NCBI GenBank assembly: GCA_038143065.1
Contig: JAYQLI010000035.1
Span: 256,001-320,000 of the forward strand
DNA length: 64,000 nt
DNA from: Rhodospirillales bacterium
GTDB lineage: Bacteria; Pseudomonadota; Alphaproteobacteria; Bin95
Direction: 5' to 3'
The translations under genes were made by a program, and so were the position numbers. Below the pieces are notes generated by a model. The model did no database searches and was not told the DNA's origin. It saw nothing but the letters and a program-made list of their open reading frames with translations. Shown piece after piece: positions 19,904 through 30,564 of this stretch. Position 1 is the stretch's first letter; each line of letters starts with the position of its first letter.

Positions 19904-20013
19904 TACGGCTCAATTTGTGGTTTACGCTAAAAGGATCTTCATACCTTCTAGCCTCTTAGCTGCGTACATGCTACTTGCGATTATTGATATTTAAGCTCGT
20001 AGGGAAAGTTTTT

Positions 20014-21368
20014 ATGAGCAATTATGACTACGATCTTTTTGTTATAGGCGCCGGTTCTGGTGGGGTGCGAGCGGCTAGGATGGCTGCAGCTACTGGGATA
20101 AAGGTAGGTATAGCTGAAGGCAGAAGAGTGGGTGGAACATGCGTTTTGCGCGGTTGTGTACCTAAAAAGCTGTTGGTTTATGCGGCTCATTTTGCACATG
20201 ATTTTGAGGATGCTGCAGCATATGGATGGCGCGTGCGTCCACCCCACATGAATGGGCGCACCTAATAGCCGCGAAAAATCAAGAAACTGATCGGCTAAAT
20301 GGCATTTATATTAATCTCTTAAAAAACGCCGGCGTTGAAATTCATGATGGATATGCAAGATTTTTAGATAATCACACGCTTGATGTGGCGGGTAGAAAGA
20401 TCACCGCTGAACGTATTTTGATTGGATCTGGTGCGCGTCCGTTTGTACCCGATATACCGGGTAAAGAGTATTCCATAACCTCTGATGAGGCCCTTGACCT
20501 AATGTCTCGCCCTGAACGGATTGCAATCGTGGGGGCCGGTTATATCGCGGTCGAGTTTGCTGGCATTTTTGCGGAGCTTGGCTCAGAAGTTACCTTATTA
20601 GTACGGTCCGAGCTTTTAAGGGGATTTGATCGTGATGTGGCCAACGAACTCGAGGCTGCGTTGGAGCGATCAGGCATAAAGCTTGTATACGGCGGAGAAG
20701 TTAACAGCATAAAAAAGCAAGATGGAGATTATCTTCTGGAGACGTCTGAGGGACGAAATATTGAGACCGATCTTGTGATGTTTGCTGCTGGTCGGGTCCC
20801 AAACATCGAGGGTATGGGATTAGAAACTATTGGCGTTGAGTTGAAGTCAGGTGGCGCAATTCAGGTTGACGAATTTTCTCAAACCTCTGTTGCTAATATT
20901 TATGCGATTGGTGATGTTACTGATAGGATGGCACTTACACCTGTCGCCATTCACGAGGCAATGTGCTTTGTAGATACGGTGTATAAAGATACCCCACGAT
21001 CACCAAATTATGATTTTGTTCCAACCGCCGTTTTTAGTCAGCCTCCGATTGGAACAGTGGGTTTGGATGAAGATGCAGCGAAGCAGCATTGTGGGAAAGT
21101 GGATGTTTACACATCTAGATTTCGCCCGATGAAACACACTCTCACTAAGCGTGACCACTTCAGTTTCATGAAATTAATCGTTAATCCTGAGACAAATAGA
21201 GTTTTAGGGTGTCACATGATCGGAGATGATGCAGCTGAAATCGCGCAAGGGTTGGGGATTGCTCTAAAAATGGGAGCAACCAAGGCAGATTTTGATGCTA
21301 CCATTGGCATTCACCCAACGGCAGCAGAAGAATTTGTAACAATGCGGGAAAAACGATCGGAAAATTAA
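20014..21368 (+). CDS. gor: glutathione-disulfide reductase; frameshift near 20250
   Basis: '[11 protein letters not shown]', redox motif '[13 protein letters not shown]', 'GAGYIAVE', '[10 protein letters not shown]'. Confidence 0.93.
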
Positions 21369-21473
21369 GATCACTCGAACTCGTGATAGTGGTTGTAGGG
21401 AGCGCAACTGTTTCGTATACCGCTATGATAGGTTGTGGATAACCTGCTAAAATGGCAGGTAAAAGAGGTTTTT

Positions 21474-22843
21474 ATGCAGGAAAAATGGAGCCCGCAAAGC
21501 TGGCGTTCTAAACAAATTCGACAGGTTCCTGTTTACCAGGACAAGGCTGCGTTGGAGAGTGCTCTATCGCAAATTAAAGCTTATCCTCCTTTAGTTTTTG
21601 CAGGTGAAGCTAGGCGTTTAAAAGACCGTTTGGCTCTCGTGTCTGAAGGTAAGGCTTTTCTGCTTCAAGGTGGCGATTGTGCAGAGAGCTTTGCGGAGTT
21701 TAGCGCAAATAATATTCGGGATACCTTTCGGGTGCTCCTGCAAATGGCAGTTGTGCTGACATATGGAGGAGGCGTGCCAGTCGTTAAAGTGGGACGTATT
21801 GCTGGTCAGTTTGCTAAGCCACGATCTTCAGATACTGAGATTATAGATGGAGTTGAGCTGCCAAGTTACCGCGGAGATATAATTAACGGTTCGGAGTTTA
21901 CCGAAGAAGCAAGAATACCAGATCCACAGCGGATGGTGACGGCATACACTCAGGCATCGGCAACGTTGAACTTACTTAGAGCTTTCGCGCAAGGTGGCTA
22001 TGCAGATCTGCATGAAGTTCACCGATGGAACCTCGACTTTGTAAAGTCCAGCCAGCAGAGTGAGCGTTATCGTGTGCTAGCGGACCGTCTCAGTGAAACC
22101 CTTGAGTTTATGGCAGCATGTGGTCTGACGTCAGAGACAACTCCGCAAATACGGGAAACAGAGTTTTTACTTCTCATGAAGCTTTGTTGCTAAACTTTGA
22201 AGAAGCTCTAACGCGTGTCGATAGCACGACCGATGAATGGTACGATGTATCTGCACATTTATTATGGATTGGCGATCGCACACGCGATCTTGACGAGGCA
22301 CACATTGAGTTCATGAGGGGTATTAAAAACCCTCTCGGGCTGAAGTGTGGTCCTTCATTGGACCCTAATAATTTGCTGCAGCTTCTTGAAAGATTAAATC
22401 CTGATAATGAGCCAGGTAGGATTACCTTGATATGTCGCATGGGTGCGGAACAGGTGGCAGATAAGTTACCTCCACTGATGCGGACGGTAAAAGCTGCAGG
22501 GCAAAAGGTAGTTTGGTCTTCAGACCCTATGCACGGTAATACTGTCAAGTCATCTACAGGATTCAAAACACGGCCCTTCGATTTAATTCGCCAAGAGGTT
22601 CAGACGTTCTTCGAAGTGGCAAAGGCTGAGGGCGCCCATCCAGGCGGGCTTCATCTAGAGATGACTGGAAAAGATGTCACAGAGTGCACTGGTGGTGCGC
22701 AGGCAATTACCGACGAAAAATTAGCGGATCGTTATCACACGCATTGTGATCCTAGATTGAACGCATCACAGGCACTTGAATTGGCATTTATGGTAGCGGA
22801 AGCCCTTAAGACTGAGCGCGAAGGTAAGCGAGATGCTGCTTAA
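21474..22843 (+). CDS. class II DAHP synthase; frameshift near 22165
   Basis: '[13 protein letters not shown]', '[12 protein letters not shown]', 'TSHEALLL', 'WIGDRTR', 'DPMHGNT', 'CDPRLN'. Confidence 0.93.
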
Positions 22844-22888
22844 TTGCCCTGCAAGTAGCCGTTACAGTACACCAAGGTGAGATAATTC

Positions 22889-24034
22889 ATGCGACCTGAG
22901 GTTGATGATATCCCGCGTTTCACCGATGCCTATTTTCAAAAAACTAAGGCAGCAGTTGGAAAATTTGGAGACGTCCAGGCAACCTATGCAATTTTTATGC
23001 GCCGTCCTGTTCTATACACTGGAGAATTAGCTACAAAATGGCTCGAGGAAGTTGCAGTTTCACGAGGTGTAACTTTCAAAATTGAGGCGCCCCATAAGGA
23101 AGGTGATTGGGTGGGAGCTGGTGAGCCGTTACTTTATATCACTGGGTCTTTATTTCATTTGGTTGATCTAGAAACTCTTTATCTTCAGAAGCTTGGCGCA
23201 GCGTGCGTAGCTGCCATCAACGCCTTTATGATGGCAAAGGCTCTTCCAAAAACTGCTTTTCTCGCTATGGACGCTAGGCATTGTGCCGGATCAGATATGG
23301 CAGAGCTGATGGCCTATGCTGCAAGTGTTGGCTCGAAGGCTGCTAGAGCGCTAGGTGCTATTGGTTTTATTGGTAATGCGACTGATGCAACAGCTCATTT
23401 CTTTGGTACTAATCGTGGTCTTGGTACCATGCCTCATGCGTTAATAGGCTATGCTGGTTCAACGCTAAGAGCGGCAGAAATGCTGCATGACACGTATCCA
23501 GATGAAGATATGACTGTTCTAGTTGATTATTACGGACGGGAGGTTTCAGACGCCCTCGAAGTTGCGCGTCGTTTCCCTGAGATGGCTTCGGCTGGCAGAT
23601 TGGCATTTCGGCTAGATACCCATGGAGGTCGATATTTGGAGGGAATGGATCTCCAGTCTTCATATGCTGTACTCGATCGTTGTGCCCCAAATGCCATTAG
23701 AAGTTATCGGACAGAGGCGGAGTTACGTCACTTGGTTGGGACTGGTGTAACAGCGGCATCTATCTGGCGTCTTCGTGAGGCTTTGAATGAAGCCGGTTTT
23801 CCAAATACTAAAATCGTGGCTAGTTCAGGGTTTAATGTGGAAAAATGCCAGACGATGGCTATTGCAGAAGCTCCTGTTGATTTAGTCGGTACAGGTTCAT
23901 ACTTGCCGGATCGCTGGAGCGAAACGTACGCGACTGCGGACATAATAGAATATAATGGAAAAGCCAGTGTAAAAGTTGGCCGTGAATTTTTGCTTGCTAA
24001 AAGCCGCGCAAGTCGCGCAGGTAGCGCAGGCTAG
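22889..24034 (+). CDS. pncB: nicotinate phosphoribosyltransferase
   Basis: 'FTDAYF', 'MDARH', 'GTMPHALI', 'LVDY', 'RLDTHG', 'IVASSGF', 'GTGS'. Lies upstream of nadE. Confidence 0.8.
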   Translation: MRPEVDDIPRFTDAYFQKTKAAVGKFGDVQATYAIFMRRPVLYTGELATKWLEEVAVSRGVTFKIEAPHKEGDWVGAGEPLLYITGSLFHLVDLETLYLQKLGAACVAAINAFMMAKALPKTAFLAMDARHCAGSDMAELMAYAASVGSKAARALGAIGFIGNATDATAHFFGTNRGLGTMPHALIGYAGSTLRAAEMLHDTYPDEDMTVLVDYYGREVSDALEVARRFPEMASAGRLAFRLDTHGGRYLEGMDLQSSYAVLDRCAPNAIRSYRTEAELRHLVGTGVTAASIWRLREALNEAGFPNTKIVASSGFNVEKCQTMAIAEAPVDLVGTGSYLPDRWSETYATADIIEYNGKASVKVGREFLLAKSRASRAGSAG

Positions 24035-24058
24035 CATTAAGAAAGAGCAGGTTTGCCA

Positions 24059-25714
24059 GTGACTGACCAATTAGTTATTGGGATCGCCCAGATTAATCCC
24101 ACTGTTGGTGATATTTCTGGAAATATTAAAAAAATAAGAGCCGCAAGGGAGCAACTTGGGGCGGTAGATCTTATAGTTTTTCCTGAATTAATCGTTTCTG
24201 GGTATCCGGCTGAGGATCTAGTGATGAAGCCGGCTTTTGCCAATCAGTGTAAAGCTGCCGTCGAAGCACTGGCTTCTGATACAACTGATGGACCAGCGAT
24301 GTTAGTTGGATCGCCCTGGCCTGAGGGCAACAAGCTTTATAATGCAGTAGCACTTTTGGAGGCCGGTAGGGTTTCTGCTGTACGTTATAAAGTCGACCTT
24401 CCGAACTACGATGTTTTCGATGAGAAAAGAGTTTTTGATGCCGGTCCCATGCCAGGTCCTATTAATTTTAAGGACGTCCGAATTGGCTTGCCGATTTGTG
24501 AAGATATCTGGTCGCCAGATGTGATCGAATGCTTGGAGGAGAGCGGGGCAGAGTTGCTACTTGTGTCCAACAGCTCCCCATTCGAGAGCGGCAAACCAGA
24601 TGTGCGGCTTAATCATGTTGTGGCCAGAGTTACAGAAAGCAATTTGCCGCTGGTATATGTGAATCAAGTTGGTGGACAAGATGAACTCGTATTCGATGGT
24701 TCCTCATTTGTTATTGATAGTGATCGAAAACTCAGAGCCCAGCTGCCTAGTTGGGAAGAAGATTTTGCGATCACAAAATGGAGAAGAAATGAGAGTGGTT
24801 CGTGGTCTTGTGATCAAGGAACAGTAAGTGAGGTTACGGGAGAGTTAGCCTCAATCTACCAGGCAGTGTTACTTGGCCTTCGGGATTATGTTGAAAAAAA
24901 TGGCTTTCCTGGGGTTATCCTAGGACTTTCAGGTGGTATTGACTCTGCTCTTTCTGCTGCAATTGCGGCAGATGCTCTAGGCGCTGATCGTGTGCGTTGT
25001 GTCATGATGCCGTCGCCATATACCTCGCAAGAAAGCCTTGAGGATGCTGCAGCCTGCGCTGCAATGCTTGGATTAAAATATGAAAGCATATCAATTGGAC
25101 CTGCTATGCAAGCCTTTGATGAAATGCTCAAGGATGCGTTTGCCGGAACCGACGAGGGTATTACGGAGGAAAATATTCAATCACGTTCTCGTGGTCTTAC
25201 ACTGATGGCCCTTTCAAATAAGTTTGGCCATATGGTTTTATCGACGGGAAATAAGTCAGAAATGGCTGTTGGGTATGCCACGTTGTATGGAGACATGTGT
25301 GGTGGCTACAACGCCATAAAAGATATTTACAAAACAAAAGTTTTTCAGCTTTGTGAATGGCGCAACAAGAATTTCCCACAGGGATCTAAAGGGCCTGCCG
25401 GAAATGTTATGCCGGAGCGGATTATAACAAAGCCCCCCTCGGCTGAGTTGCGGCCAGACCAAAAAGATGAAGACTCTTTGCCGCCTTATGATGTGCTTGA
25501 TGGAATACTAGAGGCCATAGTTGAAGATGAGCGTTCTCTATCCGATATTGTGTCGGCTGGCTATGATGAAGATACCGTGCGCCGAGTGTGGTCTCTACTT
25601 GATATATCAGAGTACAAGCGTCGTCAGGCACCACCTGGTCCAAAAATAACACGGAAGAATTTCGGTAAAGACCGGCGATATCCAATTACCAATAGTTTCA
25701 GAAGAGAAATTTAA
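24059..25714 (+). CDS. nadE: glutamine-dependent NAD+ synthetase
   Basis: Nitrilase domain (FPEL, K, ICEDIW) plus 'GLSGGIDS', 'STGNKSE', 'KPPSAELRPDQKD'. Confidence 0.95.
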   Translation: MTDQLVIGIAQINPTVGDISGNIKKIRAAREQLGAVDLIVFPELIVSGYPAEDLVMKPAFANQCKAAVEALASDTTDGPAMLVGSPWPEGNKLYNAVALLEAGRVSAVRYKVDLPNYDVFDEKRVFDAGPMPGPINFKDVRIGLPICEDIWSPDVIECLEESGAELLLVSNSSPFESGKPDVRLNHVVARVTESNLPLVYVNQVGGQDELVFDGSSFVIDSDRKLRAQLPSWEEDFAITKWRRNESGSWSCDQGTVSEVTGELASIYQAVLLGLRDYVEKNGFPGVILGLSGGIDSALSAAIAADALGADRVRCVMMPSPYTSQESLEDAAACAAMLGLKYESISIGPAMQAFDEMLKDAFAGTDEGITEENIQSRSRGLTLMALSNKFGHMVLSTGNKSEMAVGYATLYGDMCGGYNAIKDIYKTKVFQLCEWRNKNFPQGSKGPAGNVMPERIITKPPSAELRPDQKDEDSLPPYDVLDGILEAIVEDERSLSDIVSAGYDEDTVRRVWSLLDISEYKRRQAPPGPKITRKNFGKDRRYPITNSFRREI

Positions 25715-25860
25715 AACCCTTATCAGGCTGATCATACTTAATGAATCAAAAAGATTTTAAATCTTACCGAGAGTAAAAAGTACTTTCAGCGTCTAGTTGG
25801 TGGGTTAGAATTTGTAAAATCTTTTGAAGCCCTTTTTCTCTCCATCAATGGAAATACCCT

Positions 25861-26703
25861 ATGCCAGATAATACAAAACGCGTTGCTCTCATAACCGGTT
25901 GTGGCAAAGAAAATGGGATTGGATCTGCCACTGCTAAGCGCCTTGCTGCAGACGGAGTAATTGTCGTTGTGTCTGACGCTGCTTCCAGCGGGGTGGATAA
26001 CGATAATACTGCGCAGCGACAATCGTCTGCATGGCAGGGGCTGGATACCCTTGTGCATCAGATCGAGGATGCCGGTGGTAGGGCTATAAGTATTGTTGGT
26101 GATGTTACCACTGAACAAGGCGCTAGTGGTTTGATTACAAGTGTTGTGGAGCGATATGGTCAAATCGATATTCTAATCAACAATGCTGGTGCTCCTCACG
26201 GCAAGGATAGAGGGCAGATCGAAACCATACCACTTGAGGGATGGGAGTCGGTTATGGCGGTCAATGCACGTGGGGTGTTCTTAATGATAAGGGCTGCAGT
26301 CCCACATATGAAGAATGCTGGTTATGGTCGCATAGTTTCCTTGTCATCAGTCGCTGGGTTATACGCTTTGCCGGAACGTGCCGCTTATTCTGCTTCAAAA
26401 GCTGCAGTTATAGGTATGACTCGTTCTATTGCATTCGATCTTTCCAAGTTTGGCATTACAGTTAATTGCGTTTGTCCTGGTTCTATCCGCACAGACCGAG
26501 CAATTAGTTCAACCTTGCGCGCGGGGTGGACTGATGTAGATGCAGGTCTTAAGGAGCGCGCAAAGGAAATTCCTGTAGGTCGTCATGGAATGCCAAACGA
26601 AGTTGCTGAAATGATTGCCTACTTATCATCTGAGAAAGCTGGCTTTACGACGGGACAGGCATTTGTCATCGATGGTGGAGGATTGCCTCCTAGCGCCTTT
26701 TAG
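25861..26703 (+). CDS. short-chain dehydrogenase/reductase
   Basis: 'TGCGKENGIG', 'NNAG', 'SSVAG', 'YSASK', 'VCPG', 'IDGG'. Confidence 0.9.
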   Translation: MPDNTKRVALITGCGKENGIGSATAKRLAADGVIVVVSDAASSGVDNDNTAQRQSSAWQGLDTLVHQIEDAGGRAISIVGDVTTEQGASGLITSVVERYGQIDILINNAGAPHGKDRGQIETIPLEGWESVMAVNARGVFLMIRAAVPHMKNAGYGRIVSLSSVAGLYALPERAAYSASKAAVIGMTRSIAFDLSKFGITVNCVCPGSIRTDRAISSTLRAGWTDVDAGLKERAKEIPVGRHGMPNEVAEMIAYLSSEKAGFTTGQAFVIDGGGLPPSAF

Positions 26704-27473
26704 GAGCTTATTTTTCTTCTTAGTGCAGCCAAACGAGCAACCACACCCCGCAAAGTTTTTGTTTCTTGTTCAGTGAGACGGGCTCGAGAAAAAATATTAT
26801 GCAGGTTTTGTTGCATAGCAGGGCGTTGGTCTGGTGATCTATAAAACGAAGCAACATCGAGTTCATTATTTAAGTGTTCAATCAGGCCCTGAACTTGAGC
26901 TTGTCGAGCTAATTGTCCATCCCCCAATACCTCTTCAACCTCAGGAGTATGATCTCCAGTCTTTAAAAATTCCCATGCTATCAAAAGTACAGTCTGTCAG
27001 AAATTGAATGATCTGTAGGCTGTGTTTTATGGCGCAGTTATGATTCCTTGCTCCTGCATGACATCATGATTGGAGAGTCCTGATCGTTCTCGGCCGAACA
27101 AGATACCAACTTTACGATTTTGTTGTATTGCTTGATGTATTTCTTTAGCAGCCCCAGTTGGGGTGTACACCGGTTTTACCATGTCGCGAGCTCTTGCTGT
27201 CGTTGCAAAAACGAGATGTAAATCAGCAACAGACTCTCTTGTATTTCGGTACACTTGCGCTTTTTCAACAACAGAGTCAGCTCCAGCAGACGCTGATACG
27301 GCCTTTGGATTTGGCCAGCCATCTCTAGGACGGACAAGACGAAGCTCGGTCAAGCCACAGTTTAACATTGCACGAGCAGCAGCGCCGATGTTTTCACCTA
27401 GTTGTGGCTCCACAAGGATTATAGCCGGAGCTTTGGAGAGGTGGGGCTCTGTTGATGGATCGCTGCTAGACAT
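26700..27473 (-). CDS. trmJ: TrmJ/LasT SPOUT RNA methyltransferase; two in-frame stops (sequencing error or pseudogene)
   Basis: 'LVEPQLGENIGAAARAMLN', 'ATTAR', 'LFGRERSGL', 'LTEQE...LRGV'. The two ORF pieces are in the same frame, with TAA and TGA inside the 'SLNL' motif region. Confidence 0.8.
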
Positions 27474-27477
27474 GACT

Positions 27478-29076
27478 TCAAGATAGAGGCTTAGAGCCAG
27501 TTTTCATTAGTTTATATATGATACCATCTGTAAGTGCTTCATAACTGGCCGAAATAATATCGCCAGATAGGCCTACCGTGGTCCATCTATTGCCTTCTTG
27601 ATCTGAGCTTTCCAGCATAACGCGGGTCACAGCTGCTGTGCCATCGCCAGAATTTAAAATACGAACTCGATAATCTGTTAGTCGAACTTCATTAACTATG
27701 GGGTAGAATGGAGATAGAGCTTTCCGCAGTGCATGGTCTAGCGCGTTTACGGGTCCATTACCTTCGGCTACCTGAAGTGACCGATCCGATCCAACAGAAA
27801 CCTTAACAGTGGCTTCGGAAAGCACAGGCTTTTGGCTCCCTGAATCAAATCTATGTTCATCGAGTACTCTGAAGGTTTCAATTGCAAAATAATTCGGTAA
27901 ACCTTCTGTTAATTGCCTGGCTAAAAGTTCGAAGCTGGCTTCTGCCCCATCATACGAATACCCCTGATACTCTCGGTCTTTAACAGCGTCTACAATGCTA
28001 AGTACGCGAGGGTCTTTAGCATCGATCTGAATTCCTAACTCGCGAAAACGAGAAATGACATTTGCGCGGCCAGCCTGATCTGAAACCAGAATAAGTCGAG
28101 AATTTCCGACTGTATGAGGTTCTATGTGTTCGTAGAGATTAGGGTCCTTTTCTACCGCTGAAACGTGTAGGCCAGCTTTGTGGGCGAAAGCAGATGCTCC
28201 TACATAGGCCGCATGCCTATTAGGAGCTCGGTTAAGACGTTCATCAAGCATGCGACTTACTTCTGGCAATCGCTTTAAAGCGTCCTCAGATATGCCAACG
28301 TCGTAACCTAATTTTAACATCAGAGAAGGTATAAGAGATATTAGATTTGCGTTACCACAACGCTCTCCAAGACCATTGAGTGTTCCTTGGACTTGACGAG
28401 CGCCTGCTTGAATTGCAGCGATGGAGTTTGCAACAGCATTTTCTGTGTCATTGTGGGTATGGATACCTATTCGGTCTCCGGGAAGGGTGCTGCAAACAGT
28501 TTTAACAATATCAAAAACTTCATGTGGAAGGGTTCCACCGTTTGTATCGCATAAAACTATCCAGCGGGCTCCTGCATTCAGAGCTGCACTAATGGATTGT
28601 AGTGCATACTCTGGATTAGCCTTGTAGCCATCAAAGAAATGTTCGGCGTCAAAAATTGTTTCACGACCACGGTTTACGCATTCCGATACGCTTTCCGAAA
28701 TCATTCGAAGATTTTCTTCGAGATCTACACCCAGAGCAGTAGTTGCGTGAGCGTCATGTGTTTTTCCTACCAAACAAACAACTGGTGTATTGGCTGATAA
28801 CACAGCAGTGAGACTGGGATCATTAGCAGCACTACGCCCCGAGCGACGCGTCATTCCAAATGCAGTTAGCTTTGAGGTTTTTAGTTCATGTTTTTGTTGG
28901 AAAAAATCATCATCTCTGGGGTTTGCTCCTGGCCAGCCTCCCTCAATGTAATCTATACCGATACTATCCAAAGCATTGGCTATTGCTGCCTTATCGGCCG
29001 CACTAAAATCCACACCGTGAGTTTGTGCGCCATCACGAAGAGTTGTGTCGTATAGGTATATTCTTTCACTTGGCAT
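27478..29076 (-). CDS. cimA: citramalate synthase
   Basis: 'YDTTLRDGAQ', 'IEGGWPGANP', 'FDAEHFFDG', 'HTHND', 'GERCGNANL', and a LeuA-type regulatory domain 'GNGPVNALD'. Confidence 0.9.
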   Translation of the reverse strand: MPSERIYLYDTTLRDGAQTHGVDFSAADKAAIANALDSIGIDYIEGGWPGANPRDDDFFQQKHELKTSKLTAFGMTRRSGRSAANDPSLTAVLSANTPVVCLVGKTHDAHATTALGVDLEENLRMISESVSECVNRGRETIFDAEHFFDGYKANPEYALQSISAALNAGARWIVLCDTNGGTLPHEVFDIVKTVCSTLPGDRIGIHTHNDTENAVANSIAAIQAGARQVQGTLNGLGERCGNANLISLIPSLMLKLGYDVGISEDALKRLPEVSRMLDERLNRAPNRHAAYVGASAFAHKAGLHVSAVEKDPNLYEHIEPHTVGNSRLILVSDQAGRANVISRFRELGIQIDAKDPRVLSIVDAVKDREYQGYSYDGAEASFELLARQLTEGLPNYFAIETFRVLDEHRFDSGSQKPVLSEATVKVSVGSDRSLQVAEGNGPVNALDHALRKALSPFYPIVNEVRLTDYRVRILNSGDGTAAVTRVMLESSDQEGNRWTTVGLSGDIISASYEALTDGIIYKLMKTGSKPLS

Positions 29077-29097
29077 TCATTAAGTTTCCCAAATGCG

Positions 29098-29130
29098 AAG
29101 CGGGGGCGATTAGGTATCGCCCCCGCTTTT
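29098..29130. terminator. GC-rich hairpin between gltA and cimA, likely the gltA terminator
   Basis: 13-bp perfect inverted repeat AAGCGGGGGCGAT-taggt-ATCGCCCCCGCTT about 30 nt past the gltA stop. The U-tract is weak on the minus strand. Confidence 0.7.
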
Positions 29131-29158
29131 ATCTACAAAGCCACGATTATTCTGGATT

Positions 29159-30463
29159 TTAGCGTTGCGCTAGACTCACATAGTCACGAGCAGTAACCCC
29201 GGTATATAGCTGACGTGGCCGGTTAATTTTCTGCTCTGGATCAGTAATTAACTCGTTCCATTGTGAAACCCAGCCTACCGTTCGCCCTATTGCAAAAAGG
29301 GCTGTGAACATTGAAACAGGGAAACCCATCGCTTTTAAAATGAACCCTGAATAGAAATCTACGTTTGGATATAAACGACGTTTCACAAAATATTCATCTT
29401 CTAACGCAATCCGTTCTAGCTCTACAGCAACCTCGAGAAGAGGATCATGGATCCCCAAGGTGTCAAGGACATCGTGAGCTGCTTTGCTGATAACTGTCGC
29501 ACGAGGGTCAAAGTTTTTATAAACGCGGTGCCCAAACCCAAATAGGCGGAATGGATCGTCCGGATCTTTGGCTTTTTTAACCATATCGGCAACTTTATCT
29601 TTGGTGCCAATCTCTTCAAGCATGTTTAACACTTGTTCATTGGCTCCACCGTGGCTAGGACCCCATAAGGCGGCAATTCCTGCTGAAATACATGCATAAG
29701 GATTTGCGCCGGTAGAACCTGCAAGTCGTACTGTCGAGGCAGAAGCATTTTGTTCGTGATCGGCATGCAGTGTGAAAATGGTATCCAATGCTTTGGCTAC
29801 CACCGGGTCTACTTTGTATTCCTCACACGGCGTTGAAAAACACATATGCAAGAAATTTTCAGCATATCCCATGTTGTTTTGCGGATATATAAATGGCTGA
29901 CCAACAGTATATTTGTAAGCCATTGCTGCAATCGTTGGCATTTTTGCGATCAAACGATATTGGGAAACTGTCCGTTGCCAGGGGTCATTAATGTCCAAAC
30001 TATCATGATAAAATGCAGCTAATCCTCCAACGACACCGCACATCACTGCCATAGGGTGGGCATCTCGGCGGAACCCGCGGAAGAAATTCGTTATTTGATC
30101 GTGCACCATGGTGTGATGGGAAACGTCGTAAACAAACTTGTCGTATTGAGCTTTGGAGGGAAGCTCACCAAACAGAAGCAAATAACACACTTCCATATAG
30201 TCGCTTTGGTTCGCAAGTTGTTCGATTGGATAACCGCGATACAACAAAATACCTTCATCGCCGTCTATGTACGTGACCTCTGACTTACAACTCCCTGTCG
30301 CGGTGTAACCAGGGTCATATGTGAATACGCCCATCTCTTTATAAAGGCTACGGATGTCCATAACAGGCACGCCAGCCGTGCCATTGATGATAGGAAAGCT
30401 TGCGGTTTTTCCTGACTCATCGTCTTTCATGGTTATTGTGCGGTTTGAGCCTTTATCGGTCAT
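29159..30463 (-). CDS. gltA: citrate synthase (type II)
   Basis: 'TYDPG', '[10 protein letters not shown]', 'GPSHGGAN', 'GFGHRVYK', 'YPNVDFYSG'. Confidence 0.97.
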   Translation of the reverse strand: MTDKGSNRTITMKDDESGKTASFPIINGTAGVPVMDIRSLYKEMGVFTYDPGYTATGSCKSEVTYIDGDEGILLYRGYPIEQLANQSDYMEVCYLLLFGELPSKAQYDKFVYDVSHHTMVHDQITNFFRGFRRDAHPMAVMCGVVGGLAAFYHDSLDINDPWQRTVSQYRLIAKMPTIAAMAYKYTVGQPFIYPQNNMGYAENFLHMCFSTPCEEYKVDPVVAKALDTIFTLHADHEQNASASTVRLAGSTGANPYACISAGIAALWGPSHGGANEQVLNMLEEIGTKDKVADMVKKAKDPDDPFRLFGFGHRVYKNFDPRATVISKAAHDVLDTLGIHDPLLEVAVELERIALEDEYFVKRRLYPNVDFYSGFILKAMGFPVSMFTALFAIGRTVGWVSQWNELITDPEQKINRPRQLYTGVTARDYVSLAQR

Positions 30464-30564
30464 TCTAAGTCGCCCCCATTAGGCGCAGCGGCATTGGCCG
30501 CGTTTCGTTCAATTTCATGGTGTCAATGTACTATTCATGCGCTCGCTGTGCAATCGAAACAGCA

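Noticed and set aside
21434-21442. Perfect DnaA box TGTGGATAA as an oriC signal
   Set aside because: Single copy in a ~100-bp gap with no AT-rich unwinding element or origin-linked genes. At most a regulatory or chance site.
20226-22200. Programmed frameshifting in gor and DAHP synthase (and other split genes)
   Set aside because: No consistent slippery site or stimulator, and these families are not known to be recoded. The pattern fits indel errors.
26997-26999. In-frame TGA in trmJ as a second selenocysteine
   Set aside because: It is not a Cys position in TrmJ, it is preceded by an in-frame TAA, and no convincing downstream hairpin was seen.
26975-27060. Diversity-generating retroelement target in trmJ
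   Set aside because: No reverse transcriptase or template repeat in the window, and the changes are not A-to-N on either strand.
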